DNA of 64,000 bases from assembly GCA_964016885.1 (NCBI GenBank), contig OZ024741.1, positions 321,160,001 to 321,224,000 of the forward strand. The letters run 5' to 3'. Within the stretch, counting starts at the first letter, position 1, and each line of letters opens with the position of its first letter. The notes under the pieces are model-generated. The model was not told the origin of the DNA and did not search any database. It saw only the letters and a program-made list of their open reading frames with translations. Position numbers and translations under genes: made by a program. This document shows positions 40,344-54,590 of the stretch, piece by piece. The DNA comes from Eledone cirrhosa (taxonomy: Eukaryota).

Positions 40344-41313
40344 AAGAATTTATATCTAGTAACATATATATACACACAAATGCATATCGATGCTAGCAAA
40401 TATATAGGTTTTGTCTTAATAACATTGTGGTTCAATGCATGGGGTTGCAGAACAATAATATAAGGGACGTAACCCACTTTCCACCGATTGACCTCGATGT
40501 CACGTGTTCGATTCTTTTTGAATTTGCCACAGACACAGAGGCAGTTATTTTCTCAATGGCTAGAAAGTAAGTCCACGCTTTGCTATTTCCTATTCACTGA
40601 TTTATTTTTTAATAAGCTTCCAGAGTCCTCGCTTTGCCTGGAAACTTATATGAGAATAGACTTTCCTGATGACGGGATGTTTCTCAACACCTTCTTCGGA
40701 AGATGTATCTACTCCATTCCAGAAACTAATTAGTTGGAAGTGATATTTTAGTAAGTAAGTTAATTTTATAATTTTCTTATCTTACGTCTCTTATATTATT
40801 GTTCTGCAACCCCATGCATTGAACCACAATGTTATTAAGACAAAACCTATATATTTGCTAGCATCGATATGCATTTGTGTGTATATATATGTTACTAAAT
40901 ATAAATTCTTTATTATTATCTCCAAAATATTTGTCGAGCAATACTGGCCATGACTGCTGCTACGGTAGTAGGCTGACCGCTGTCTTATTAACAACCCACT
41001 TTCCACCGATTGACCTCGATGTCACGTGTTCGATTCTTTTTGAATTTGCCACAGACACAGAGGCAGTTATTTTCTCAATGGCTAGGAAGTAAGTCCACGC
41101 TTTGCTATTTCCTATTCACTGATTTATTTTTTAATAAGCTCCAGAGTCCTCGCTTTGCCTGGAAACTTATATGAGAATAGACTTTCCTGATGACGGGATG
41201 TTTCTCAACACCTTCTTCGGAAGATGTATCTACTCCATTCCAGAAACTAATTAGTTGGAAATGATATTTTAGTAAGTAAGTTAATTTTATAATTTTCTTA
41301 TCTTACGTCTCTT
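40341..41313 (+). mobile_element. ORF-less element with two tandem HHRs (about 521-nt unit) and 5' inversion
   Basis: Direct repeats 40471-40792 and 40993-41313; 40341-40462 inverted against about 40793-40914. Confidence 0.8.
40661..40740 (+). ncRNA. Type I hammerhead ribozyme (tandem copy 41182-41261)
   Basis: CTTTC-CTGATGA-GGGATG/CATTCC-GAAA-CTAATTAG-TT-GGAAG. Confidence 0.82.
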
Positions 41314-42138
41314 ATATATATATATATATATGTATATATTATACATATACATGTATATATACATGTATATATTATACATATATATATATCTATATACATG
41401 TATATATTATTAGCACAGATTATAAGTTTAAGTAAACAATTTCTGCTTTCAGTCGCTATTGTATGAAAACGATATTGTTTGCTTAAACTTTTAGTCTGTG
41501 CTAAAAATATCTATATTTCCTCTACCGGTTTATATATACCAACTCTTATCGAGTCCTCTCTGGAATTTGGTCTTTGTAGTTGTTGTTACTACTATGTGTG
41601 TGTGAGTGTGCATACAAATATATATGTGTATGTGTCGCTGTGGGAGAAAATATAATGTATTTATATATATGTGTGGGGGGCCGTGCGTGCTGATATGTGT
41701 GCGTGTTTGAATGTGTGTACATAGAATGTATACATTTGTATTCCCGTATGTCCATATATATAAGTGTACGTATATATGTAAATCAATACATCTATGTTCT
41801 TGCAATATACGTCTGCATATGTGTGTATACATATATGTGTATATACATAATGAGTATATACACATATATGTGTATGTGTGTTTGTGGCAATGTGTGTATG
41901 ACAAATGTTTTCGAAATCGTTATATTGATGTTCTTAGTTAAATCGCGTTTTAGTATGTCCAATTGAACAATGGAACTAATATTAGAACGAAAATCCCCCT
42001 GTTGCCTATTGTTGTTTTATTAGTTAATGTGGTTGTTGTATAATTGTTGTTGCTGTTGTTGGCTGTCATATACGATCATGATGATTGTCATTGTCATTGG
42101 CTTTATCAGAAACCATTATGATGTTCATTATAATCACA

Positions 42139-42730
42139 GGGCGGTGAATTGGCAGTATCGGTAGAGGTCGGACGCCATGCTTTGACGCATAGAGTTACGC
42201 CCCTTTACTTGTTTCTACTTTTGGCACAAGGCCAGCAATTACTCCAGTGCATTACTGGTGTTTTATTTTATTGACCTCGTAAGGATGAAAGACAAAGCTA
42301 ATCTCGGCGGGATGTGAAATCAAATTTGAGTTCAATTCCCGCCGTGGTTAGCTTTGCCTTTCATCCTTTCGGGGTCTATAAAATAAAGCACCAGTAATGC
42401 ACTGGGATCGATTTAATCGACTTTCCTTTTCCTTTCAAATTGCTGGCCTTGTGCCAAAAATACAAACCATTATTATCATTTTGTTTCTTGTGTGTATGGT
42501 AGTATTGCTATTGTACCTGTTTCCTCTCAGAAGTCATTAAATTTAAATAGTGATTGCGTATTATTTGTGGACTGTATGTTTATTAATACGATTTGGCTTC
42601 GTATCCTGTGTATTTACTTTCAGCCTTACAGGGTCGATAAAATAAAGCACCAAAAATGCACTAGGGGTCGATTTAATTGACTTTCACCTCACCCCAAAAA
42701 GTGCTGGCCTTGAACCTATAGTAGAAATCA
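42139..42730 (+). mobile_element. SINE cluster: plus copy interrupted by an antisense copy (about 42208-42325), plus a 3' fragment
   Basis: Family consensus in both orientations. Confidence 0.8.
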
Positions 42731-43149
42731 TTATAATCATGAATAACATTTTTTACGATAAATTTGTCAAATGTTTAGGGCCTCATAACTTAACTAGCAC
42801 AGGGCCTTATTTGTCCTAAATCCGGCACTTCCTCAGCCCAATCTCTAGGAGATAGCTTCTCACCTAATTTCTTGGTGAACCTGCTACACTTCTCATTAGC
42901 TCGTCGCAGTTCCTCTCCGCATGGAAGTCCATATGTCTTTTAGAGTACTCTCCATCTGAGCATGTGCTGCTCCTCGATTCTTATAATATAATGTTTTAAG
43001 CAGTTCCTGCCATCACCTCTGGTGGTGTTGCTAATGTAGCTCTTCTGCCTTCTATTTTGATTGTTTTGCCTGTTAGGTTCGTTTCTTTATTTGTTAAAGG
43101 AACAGGAAATAATTTTCTTTTTGCTGCCATCCCTGCGTATGTCGTTTTT

Positions 43150-43800
43150 TGTTTTATGTTGTTGCTGTTGTCGTTGTGGTGGTGTCGTTTACCTATTTTA
43201 AAATGCCTTTTGGTTGAACTTTTCAAAGTGTCCTTTGTTCCAGTTATTCAGTAATCTTAATGTTACTGCGTGCTTTCACTGAGTAATTGAGTTCAGGTTT
43301 GTCAACCTTGAATACGTACAGTTTTTTTTTTATTTTGTTGCTATTGTAGTTTTTTTAATTTTATTGGAAGTGCCAACATAGTATGTATACAATGCTTTAA
43401 AATGCTATGTATGTATAATGTATACGTGTGCAAGTTCCGGTGTTTTGGTTAGATACGTCTATGTCGCTTTTTATCATACTCAATAAATAAGTATCATAAT
43501 GGTGATTCCATTTATTTTCAATCTCATCTCACCCGATAAAACTATTTTCTTGGTATTTATATTTGGATAGTTTTTTTTTTTATTTAGTTTAGCAATATAT
43601 TGTCGTCTGCTGGAATTAATACTTTGATTAAGAGACATATTTTCCTAATGGATTTTTCCCTATATATGGAAATTCTGTTTTCATCTCCCTACTTGTATGA
43701 AATGAAACCGTTATATCTCAGTATAGAATCATTTCACAGACTTCTTGGTGTTTGGGTTTTACTATCTCTTTCCTGTTCATAATCCGTAATATTAATATAC
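43150..43800 (-). pseudogene. Very degenerate Hydra-like PLE RT
   Basis: Minus-strand remnants EVCEMI, ISIYREKS, IEYDKK..DVSNQNTG, YVGTSN collinear with ORF 30066-30614. Confidence 0.35.
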
Positions 43801-44701
43801 TTTCCAGTTACTTTTGCATCTTCCTTTTACATACTATTCCTTCCCTAAGCTTTACGTTTTCTTATACAAGTGCATTGAAGTTGGAAGATCCTACTTTGAA
43901 GGAGACTAAAGTTTTGTGTTGATCTTAGTTAAATAAATGTCTCTCCGATAAAAGTCTCAAAATGTTCCCGAATGTACCCCGTATGTATTGTATGTATCTT
44001 AAGATTTTAAAAGCTAGGCATAGATGGCAGCCTGATTTAATATTACCTTCTAGTTCTGAGTACCTTTAGCAGAATTCACTCTAGTATGTAACCAAATCAG
44101 AAATCTCGTTTGAGGAAAGCATATTTTATTATACCACGTCCTTTCTCTTCTATATTTCAATTCTTTGTAAACGGAATTACATGCAAAATACTTCTTACAA
44201 ATCTCAAAAAGAAAGAATGATTAGTTTAGATGAAGGCAAACTTCATGATCTTGCATCGTTTAATTCTGCAGTCCATGTTGGTTCTTTAGTGAACACATGA
44301 TTTGATATGCCATCTCACGATCATTGACTTCCAATTGGGCTAGTTACAATGATAGAAGTTATGTCTTACTAGAACTCATGTACCGTGGCCTCCGCTTCCT
44401 CTTCCTCATAGAAAATTGGTAGGAATATTATACAAATCAAGAGTAAAATTATATCTGCTAGACAATTCTTCCTTCTTTTTGTTAACATTTGTGGACGTGG
44501 CTCCGACTTAGACAAAACCTGCTACCTTCTACTAACTACTGTACAGTAAAACCCACATTTTGTTCCTCAATGAAACACAATTGTATATATATATATATAA
44601 ATTCACAGATCGTTAAACGCTTCTCAACTGCCCATGCCATTATCTGGACTTCAAATATAGACAAACCAAACAGAGAGATTGAAATACATACTACATAAAT
44701 A

Positions 44702-45745
44702 CATGGTGGCTGCCAACTCGTTTTCGAGTACGGCCACTACTTTATATCCATGTAGGAGAACTCCTACCGATACGCTGAACAAGTGTGACTTTTTAGTCCA
44801 GCCAGCGACTTGAAAACTCTAGTACAAACACCACACTTGTGACAATTATTGACACAGTGCTGGGCCCATGGTACCATGTGATGACAAGTGCAGAGAGATC
44901 TCCAGATATATAGCTATGCCTGTGCCGTGAAGCTTTTATAGTGAGCAAAGGCACTGCACAAAGCCAGTCCCACTCTCTTAACCAAGATGATATTTACCAA
45001 AAGGAAGGACAAGTCAACATCATTGGATACCATCAGGGTTGCAGGTGTTATATCAGAGTTTTCCTTCTCCTAGAATTCTGCCTTGACAAAGGCTAAGGGG
45101 TCATCTCTCCCAGTGATTTTAGATGTACATACATACATGGTGGCTGCCAACTCGTTTTCGAGTACGGCCACTACTTTATATCCATATAGGAGAACCCCTA
45201 CCGATGCAGTGAACGAGTGTGACCTTTTAGTCCAGCCAGCGACTTGAAAACTCTGGTACAAACACTACACTTGTGACAAATATTGACACATAGTGCTGGG
45301 GCCATGGTACCCTGTGACGACAAGTGCAGAGAGATCTCCAGATATAAAGCAATGCCTGTGCCGTGAAGCTTTTATAGTGAGCAAAGGCACTGCACAAAGC
45401 CAGTCCCACTCTCTTAACCAAGATGATATTTACCAAAAAGAAGAACAAGTCAACATCATTGGATACAATCAGAGTTGCAGGTGTTATATCAGAGTTTTCC
45501 TTCTCCTAGAATTCTGCCTTGACAAAGGCTAAGGGGTCATCTCTCCCGGTGATTTTGGATGGCCATTGACTCTTAAGAGCTCCTTTGCCCTTTGACAGGT
45601 CTTGTTTTTAGTCCTGCAGGATGTCCAAAGTCACCCTCCTCACCAAGAAACCTTGGTGGGGTTGCCAGTTTAGTCGCCAACGACCCGACCATGGGACAGG
45701 TTGTACTGGGATACATGTTACCAGTAGCACCAACTGGTGACCTGA
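44702..45745 (-). mobile_element. Tandem non-autonomous RTE-derived elements in (ATAC)n
   Basis: About 415-bp unit at 44702 and 45138; the second continues into the shared terminal module 45550-45745. Confidence 0.7.
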
Positions 45746-45776
45746 CATAAATACATACATACATACATACATACAT

Positions 45777-45824
<48 letters not shown>

Positions 45825-45880
45825 GCAAGCAGGCAGACAGATAGACAGGTAGATAGAGAGATTGATAGATTGACATACAT

Positions 45881-45928
<48 letters not shown>

Positions 45929-45954
45929 ACACACATACACACACATACACACAC

Positions 45955-46005
<51 letters not shown>

Positions 46006-47744
46006 TCACAAAACTGATTTCAAACACGTATATATTGGGTTCTAAAATTATATAAAATAGCACATAAAAGTACCTTTATACTTGGTGCTAGAATTAGTAC
46101 TAATAGGCAGGTTGCAGTCTTAATTAGTGATGTGTTCAACGTTGTTTGAACAACTTTTGTGATGTATTGCAATGTAACGCATAAATGTTACGGTATAAAT
46201 ATGTTGTTGAATATTAGATCAAGTATTTGAATTTTTAAATAAGCTCTATAGTATAAAATGAATTAAACAATACATGTGTAAGAGTTTTCTACGCTACATA
46301 CTAGGTAAATCTAGTTTTTGTCAAAACTTTAAATATATATCAATGGAAAATAGTAAAGGTTTTATGTTTACAGTAACATATAATGGATATGAATATACGA
46401 GTTTGAAAAAAATTGTTTGAAAGAGGTAAGGTTTGTAATTAATAATACATATGTGTCTTTAGCAAATAAAATGTTTAAACAAGTTAAGAGCATTCCGATG
46501 CGAGTTAACTGTATTCCTTTATAGATCAATTTGCTAACGGTTTAAGCGAAAATGATGTTGTAGGTATAAAATTATATATTAGGCCTTGGTTATGTTTAAT
46601 ATATATTTTATGAAATTTATATTTGGGATTTAAAAGCAAACAGAAATGGTTTTGATGCAAAAAAAACTGTGAATTATTTAGACGCTAAAAAATAAAAATA
46701 GAGCGATAATGACAAATATTTATAATAAAACGAATGGTGTTAATGTTAAAGTGGCATAATATATCAAGTAGTATGTTTAAAAAAATAGGATATATTTTTC
46801 TAGTGAAATAGAATTATTAAATACTCCAATATTTTTATTGAAATAAGTGAATCATTTGATCGGGAAAAAAAATTAAACAAGTATAACATTTTTTAAATTG
46901 CTAACACTTTAAATGTAAACTGGGATGAAACAGCATCATCAACCTCGTGCTGGTCATGAACCACCTGCATAAATAATGATTTTGAAAACATTCTTCAACT
47001 GATGAAGAGTAAAATTCAGCCTTTATTTGGGTTGGAACCATCTTAACTGTTATCGTATTAATCAACGTAAACTTTTGTCAATTCGCAAAGTATGCATTCG
47101 CGTTTTTCCCTAGCACAGAAGGACACGGATTTTCATTTGTATCGTTTTATCACGTTTTATTACTGGCTATTTTTGCCTAGTCGTTATTTATCTTGCACTT
47201 CGTGTTATTGCCTATGTGACCTTTTATCATCATTTTATTACTGTCTATAGCCAATCATATGAGACGGTATCAAAGGCTTTCTTTTGATCTTTTCTAGCAT
47301 AATACACATTCACATCATCCAGAACTATCTTTTTAATATGACGCTCGTCATTTGTTCTACAGGAGTTGGATTAACAATTCTGATCTATGTGAAGTAAATT
47401 TGCATTTTCTAAAGGTTCAATCCCCTGTTATAAACAATATTCTTGAAAAGTATTTCGTAAATACCACGTAGACAGATAGCCCAATAATTAAATGAGTTAT
47501 CTCGTGGATCTTAGAGATAATTATTGACATTCCATTAATAAACTATGTAGTTACTTGTCTACAATTAATTGAAGTAGACATTATCTCGTTAACATATGTT
47601 ATATCACAAAAATAATTTTGAATTATATCAATATCAGAGATTTCTCTGGGCCAGTTTCAAATCATAAACTGCAATGGCATTCAGGACATGACATTCTAAT
47701 ATCTATTATTAGCACACAGTCCACTGGCCAGTTATTATTTCTGC

Positions 47745-47936
47745 TGGTAGTGGATTGGCAGTACCGGTAGAGGATCGGACGCCATTGTTTACGCATAGAG
47801 TTACGTCCCTTGTCATTCTGAGTTCAAATCCCGCCGAGGTTAACTTTGCCTTTCGTCCTTACCGGGTCGATAAAATAAAGTACCAGTAATGTACTGGGTA
47901 ATTGTTTGCCTTGTGCCAACAGTAGAAACAATTATT
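47745..47936 (+). mobile_element. tRNA-derived SINE
   Basis: Family consensus with ATTATT tail. Confidence 0.85.
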
Positions 47937-48488
47937 TTCAAAGGAGAATTTTTGAAGAAACCTAAAAGTTCATTTTTATCTACTATTTATGACATAATTA
48001 TTCTTTCTAAAGATGTTGATATCAACACTCGTATTTATTCATTGTTTTTAATGTTATACTGTATTATCATATGAGAAATGTTCTTGTTAATTTTCTTTGA
48101 AGGATAAACAAGTATGATCATGCGAGGTTTGCTACGTAACGTCTCTACTCTATGATTAATCTAACTTTCCAGTTTCCTATTCTATCTTCTGTAATAACAT
48201 ATTTATTTAACTTCTCATTTTCAAGGGCCTTGTAAAAGAAATTCAATATTATATTAATAGGGATTAATATCTATTGATGCCGAATTTTCCCCCGTAATTT
48301 CTAATAAAATCACTTAATCTACTTTTATATGTAAGAGAAAGAGTTATACAATGCCATTTGTTATTAATAGGGGTTACTTTCGTACGTTCTAAGTAGTTTC
48401 TTAAGCTCTTAATCATAAAACTTGTCAGTTATCATGTAACATAAACTTCGTGTTGAATCCCTAAGGGATGTCTTCTATTGTTGTCTTT

Positions 48489-48551
<63 letters not shown>

Positions 48552-50047
48552 ATATATTCGCTATTAACAGTAATTTCAAGATAAATATATCCATACGTAC
48601 GTTTCATTAAAACACATTTAGCCTTGATGTACTTTTTGTAGAAAGAGCCATGTGTTTTAACCACGAATTCTATTTACACAGCGAGACTAAATGTATGTTT
48701 ATTAAACGTACGTACGAACATTTATTTACAGGGTTCTCCGCACACCCTTTCTCGGCATCTTAATTAATACGTGACTTCAACGAATCTACTGAAGTACAAA
48801 AGATGCAAAACTATTGCCTAATGTTCGTCGTATTTTCAATAAGTAACTTCAAACCTCACTTTCACTCTTGGTGAATTTTTAACCCTTTCGTTACATTTTT
48901 TATGAAAGACTGTTCAAATGATTCAAATTTCTTGGAAAATAACCAACACTTCAAATGGATTTAGTAAAAAATTTTCTCGTTATTAAACTAATTTTTGGAA
49001 CCTAATTTAACAAAAGTTCTTACATAAATTATGAAGGAAGTTTTTAATTTAAATAATAATCGTGTAAAACAGAAGATTTTATATTGTAGAATTACAAGTT
49101 TCTCAACAGTGTTAAATATCAATTGAAACGAGACAAGTTATTCTTCAGTCTGTTAAGAGAGTGATGTGGTTTAAAAGTGGGACCTACTTCAACAGTGAAG
49201 CAAAATGTATGTTTATTTAACATATAAATTTGCTAAATATTAACATTGTTATGGTTATGGACATAATTCCTATCGTTATTTTTTCTCTTGTGGTGTCTGC
49301 CTATTATCATTTTTGTTCGTGATATTTATAATACATCGTATTACACACAGTGTACAATTTTGCCAATCAATGTCACTTATTGCTATATCATTTAGTACTA
49401 TCTTTCAATTAGCTGAATATATATGTTCACATTTTGTTTTTATTTTACTTTCTTTGTAAAATTCAAAAGGGAATTTAGAATTTGTTAACTGTTGAGTGTG
49501 GATATTTGTTTTCAGGATTAATCACCTACATGATATGAGAACATTCATTGGGACTTGTAGTTGTGTCTGGCAACATTTAGATAGCATTTTTCCTTCCATT
49601 TTGTTATTTGAATTGATATCGCTAGATTCCGTTAATGTGTTTCCTTTGTTCTAACAAACCTTGAGAAGACAAGCGACAATCCGTTGCTCCGTGATAGAGC
49701 TTTGATGGCTAATTTAAAGATGGTAATTAACTTGTTTTGTTTTCTTTTCCTATCTCTTCAAAGTTAATTGTTTATATAGACAGGCCTAAGATGACCTTGA
49801 ACTCTCTGTGCTTGTGCCTGTGTGTGTTTGTGTCTGTGTGTATTTGTGTCAGTGTGTATGTGCGTGTGTGCACGTGTATGCGTATGTATGCATGTGTATG
49901 TGTATGTGTGTGAGTGTGTGAGTGTGCGTGTATGTGTATGTATGTGTGTGTCTGTTTATGTGTCTGTGTGTGTGAGCGTGTGTACGTATGTGTGAGCGTG
50001 TCTGTATCTGTGTGCGCGCGTGTGTTTGTATGTATGTGTGTGAGTGT

Positions 50048-50080
<33 letters not shown>

Positions 50081-50364
50081 TCGGTGTATGTGTATGTATG
50101 CGTGTGTCTGTTTATGTGTCTGTGTGTGTGTGAGCGTGTATATGTATGTATGTGCATGCGCGTGCATGTGTATGTATGTGCGTGTGTGTGTGTGAGTGTG
50201 TATGTGTGTGTGAGTCTCAGCTTTAAGTCTTTATCTTCTCGTTTTGCTCATTTTAGCAAAGGCTAGGCAACAGGAAATATTGTGATTCATTGTGTCTTTA
50301 AGACCTTTATACATTGTTTAATTACATTTTCTATTCAGCATTGTTAATTTTTTTTATTCGTAGT

Positions 50365-51200
50365 TTCTTCTTCTTCTTTTTCTTCTTCTTCTTCTTCTTC
50401 TTCTTCTTCTTCTTCTTCTTCTTCTTCTTTGCCCACTTACACCTCGGAGGGCCGTAGGCACACAGTCCTCAAGCATGCCATCCAGCTAGTTCTGTCAGAA
50501 GCAACCGTCTCCAAAGAATCCGGCTGGATCTCCAAGCGAAACTAGCCTAGATCATGGATGTTATCTAACGTTCTTCATCGGGATTTACCCCCCGGGTCTC
50601 CTGTCGGTTGGGTTTGCCTGTAAAATATGTCTAGCGATTCTTTCCTGAGTTATTCTAACCCCATGCCCGTAGTATCAGAGCTGTTGTCTCTCAATTCAGC
50701 TTTACCAGGAGTGACTCTCTGATCTCCGAGCTACGCACTATATCGAGAAACGTTACTCCAAAGACCGGTCGGAAGAACCCCATTTCGGTCGCTTGTATTC
50801 ACGATCGTATTCTCTCGGTCATTACCCAAGATTTATGACCATAGGTAAGGGTTGGCACGAATAGCGAATTGATGATAGGGAATTTGGCTTTTACACCTAC
50901 ATCCATTCTTCTGATTACCGAATACTGAAGCTGGCACATTACGTCACCAGCTCCAGCAATTCTTGCACTTAGTTCAGCCTCCTGCCGTCAGCACTGCACA
51001 GTCTTCTTTGATGAGACGAGAGTCTCAGTTTTCGCAGCGCTGATTATGATTCCTGTTGTGCAGCACTCGACAGCAAACATATCAAGTGCAATCCGGAAAT
51101 CACCTTTTGACGAATCAAAAAATACCTAGTTGTCCACAAATTATAGCCGACTGATCCTACATTCGCAAGTTTTGATACTACTTCAAAATCCATCAGCCGC
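50365..51200 (-). mobile_element. RTE-clade LINE 3' end with (GAA)n tail
   Basis: Minus-strand SLFVPTLTYGHKSWVMTERIRS*IQATEM, YGHG.R; ends in the (TTC)n tract. Confidence 0.7.
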
Positions 51201-51847
51201 AATGAAAAGGCCTTCAGTCTCAGCTTTAAGTCTTGATCTTCTCGTTTTGCTCATTTTATTGACTTACGCTTTGTACAGTCTTCTTAAGTATTAATATTTA
51301 CCAAATAGTGATTTTCCATTTCCAGTTTAGGTTTTGGTTGTTTTGATAGTATTGTTGTTCTCCAGTCTCTCTTTCTTTTTGTTGGCTTCATTAGATACTG
51401 AAAACAGTATTTATGTTTTGTAGTTGGTTATATTTACTTACTTAAATATATCGCCTGTGTTGTGTAGAGAATTTGGAAAAAAAAGGTTCCTCCAATGCAT
51501 ACGATCCATTGCTGGCATCTTTGGCATCCGTTTCAAGTGATGTTGACAAATGTCCACCGCCAGATAATGTTCGATCTGCCTCGTTTTCAAGTGCTGGTGT
51601 TTAAGTAGACGAAAATTATGGCCACTAAGTGGAATCGTCTCTCCATAATTATCTTTTGCGGTGGTCGGGATTTGATTTCGTTTTCCTCGAGATCTCTTCA
51701 TTTGTAAACCTGTCTCGCCAGGTAACCCTCATAATCTTTCTGAGGCACCATTGCAGTCCTGCCAACCTCTAAAAACTCAAACGGGAGGTACCATGAAAAC
51801 AGTGCTCCAAAACGGAGAGAAATTAGGCAAAATGGGGAGATTTTACA

Positions 51848-52016
51848 TAATTGTTTCTACTTTTGGCACAAGGCCAGCAATTATCCCAGTGTATTACTGG
51901 TACTTTATTTTATCGACCCCGTAGGGATGGAAGGCAAAGTTAACCTCGGCGGGATTTGAACTCAGACCATAAAGGGCCGTAACTCTTTGCTGCAAAGTAT
52001 GGCGTCTGACCCTCTA
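51848..52016 (-). mobile_element. tRNA-derived SINE, 5'-truncated, 17-bp TSD
   Basis: GGGAGATTTTACATAAT at 51835-51851 and 52017-52033. Confidence 0.9.
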
Positions 52017-52249
52017 GGGAGATTTTACATAATGAAAGCTATACCCATTTTCACAAGAAAAGACATCTCTCACCCACCCCAAAGTGGGTGGGAGATCTTC
52101 CCGTCAGACGGGGGAGATTTGACAGGTCTGCCATCGATGGAATATATTCAGTTTTCTGTGGATCTTTGCTGTACTCTTCCAGGACTTGTTGCCATAGATC
52201 ACTGGAGGGACAGCTTTGATCTATCAGTTTTCCTTTATTCATTACAAGA

Positions 52250-54350
52250 CATTTTCACAAATTATTTTACTATAATTATCTCGTAGATATAGAAGACCAC
52301 TATATTCATGTATAATTTTTGTGTGTCGAATTCTATGTTTTAAATTCTGTGTTTTAAACAAAGTCATTAGTTTCCGGTTTCCTTGTCTTGCTATTTCCCT
52401 CAATGTCTGTTGGACGATATATAACTCTATCTTATTACTAAATGTTAATTCTCCTAACACTTTTGGTCATGGTCTTGTTAATCAGTAATTAATATTTACA
52501 TCCATATGAGCCTTTACACCATTCCTCCAGTTTTTATCGAGTAGAGTTCGATATTTTCCATTTATCTCCAACCATATTCTTTCAGTTAAAGCTTTGTATA
52601 CGCCAGATTATGATTCTGTCCTTTGGGAAAGTTTTTATTTCGTTAGGCTCTTCGGCAATTCAAGTGATGTTTCTGGCTCTTTCAATAAATTATTGAATAA
52701 CTTTTAAAACACTTCACATGTTACTGTTAAATGTTTTAATCAGAAATTGTGGATTTATCACTTCCTAGTGTTTTTCAATTGTTCATATTTGTAACACCTT
52801 GTCTACTTTTGTTGTTATAACTGGCCATCATTGTTCAGGTACTTCACTTGTTTTCAATATTCTCGCTCGTGGTGATTCGTTCACGTTCCAGTCTCCCCAC
52901 CAAAAAATGTTGCTGTTTAATTATATGCGTCACATTGATTTCTTAATTTCTACTAAAGACGCTTTCAGTTAAAATCGAACTATTTGTTTTGTTTAATCTC
53001 TTTTTTAAGGGAAATTTTTGTTTTGTTTTCTTTCGTTTTGTTTTGTTTTTATTTTTTTTTTTTGTTTTTGTTGTTGTTTGTTGTTGTTATTTTTATAAGA
53101 TTTTTGACGATTTAGTGATCATCTCTTGTTTAAAGCCAACTTTGATTTTGGATACTTTTTCTTTTGATGTGTTTGCGAGTATCATTGGTGTTCTGAGTTT
53201 TTATATTCTTAGTTCAAATCCTACCACGGTCAATTTTGCCTTTCATCATTCAGGTGTCGATAAAATAAAGTAGCAGTGAAGTTCTGGAATCGATATAATC
53301 GACTTATCTCTCCCTCAGATTTCTCGGTCTTGTGGCTAAATTAGAAATCGTTATGTTGTATTTCTGTAATATACATCTCCATTTCATTTTACTTTCTTTG
53401 TTGATCTTATTAATGATTGAGATATTTTTTTTTTTTTTTACATTTTTTGGTTTGTCTGGATATAGATGAATAGCTTTAAGAAAGTACCCGCTTTTCTTTG
53501 TGAATAGTGTGGCTGCTGCAAAGACTATTTAATTATCATCTTCACATCTATCTTTGTGTCTTTTATTGTTGTCATGTTGTCATCAAGCTATACATTTGAA
53601 ATATTTTATCTGTTGTTGGTCCATAGCAATATATTCTATTGATTTTAATTCTTGAACTACATCAACTTTTATTTGATTGTCATATTCGAAATTTCCATCT
53701 TCATAATTTTCTATTCATAAACCTTTTTCATATTCACTTTTTTGAATATTTTCGCTTTTGTAGTTCTGGTTCGGCTTTTGCTTGTCAGTATTTTTTAGGT
53801 GTACACCGTTTCATTTTATTGTATTATTTATCATTTGTATTTAGCTTGTTCTCTGTCTATATTCATGAGTTACTTTATCAATATTTATATCTTGAATGAT
53901 TTCTTTACATTTATGTTTGTATTTCCGTTTACATATTTCTCTTTTAACTGTTCTATTCCTGTATCTGATATATACAGTTTTTGGTCTTGAGAATATATCT
54001 TCTTAAATTGCCTAGTCTGTTTTGAATCAAAAGTTACTTTTAGATACGGGTTACTTTTTCTCCAGATGTTACGATGTGGTTGTCTCATTCTGGGAGTATA
54101 GTATAGATGTCAAATATGCATCTATTCGTATCCTTCTTGGATCAATTTATGTATTTTCAATTTTAATTGCAAGGCTATGGGGATAAATTCCATTCATTTA
54201 TATTGATAGTTATCATTTATATATTCGGTAACGGTGTATTAATTTCTGGCGATGCGAAAGTTTGTATGGTTCATATTTTATACAATTCATGAATCAAATT
54301 TGAAAGGACACCATTTTCTTTTATAACTTTGGGCCATATCACATGATTTT
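52250..54350 (-). pseudogene. Very degenerate PLE-like RT/GIY-YIG relic
   Basis: A-rich minus strand with FDIYTILP, KKIYSQ and TQNLKHRI..H remnants. Confidence 0.3.
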
Positions 54351-54370
54351 TATTTGTTTTGTCTATCTTT

Positions 54371-54590
54371 AGGGCAGTGGATTGGCAGTATCGGTAGAGG
54401 GTCGGACGCCATGTTTTGCAGCATAGAGTTACGGCCCTTTATGATCTGAGTTCAAATCCCGCCAAGGTTAACTTTGCCTTTCATCCTTACGGGGTCGATA
54501 AAATAAAGTGCCAGTCACTCACTGGGGTCGATTTAATCGACTTTCCCCTCCCCCAAAATTGCTGGCCTTGTGCCTATATAAGAAACTATT
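54371..54590 (+). mobile_element. tRNA-derived SINE, full length
   Basis: Family consensus with A-box-like TGGCAGTATCGG and B-box GAGTTCAAATC. Confidence 0.9.

Noticed and set aside
46080-47400. AT-rich region as a transposase or polymerase relic
   Set aside because: No motif could be recognised in any frame
54371-54465. tRNA gene
   Set aside because: A/B boxes belong to a multi-copy SINE head; no cloverleaf
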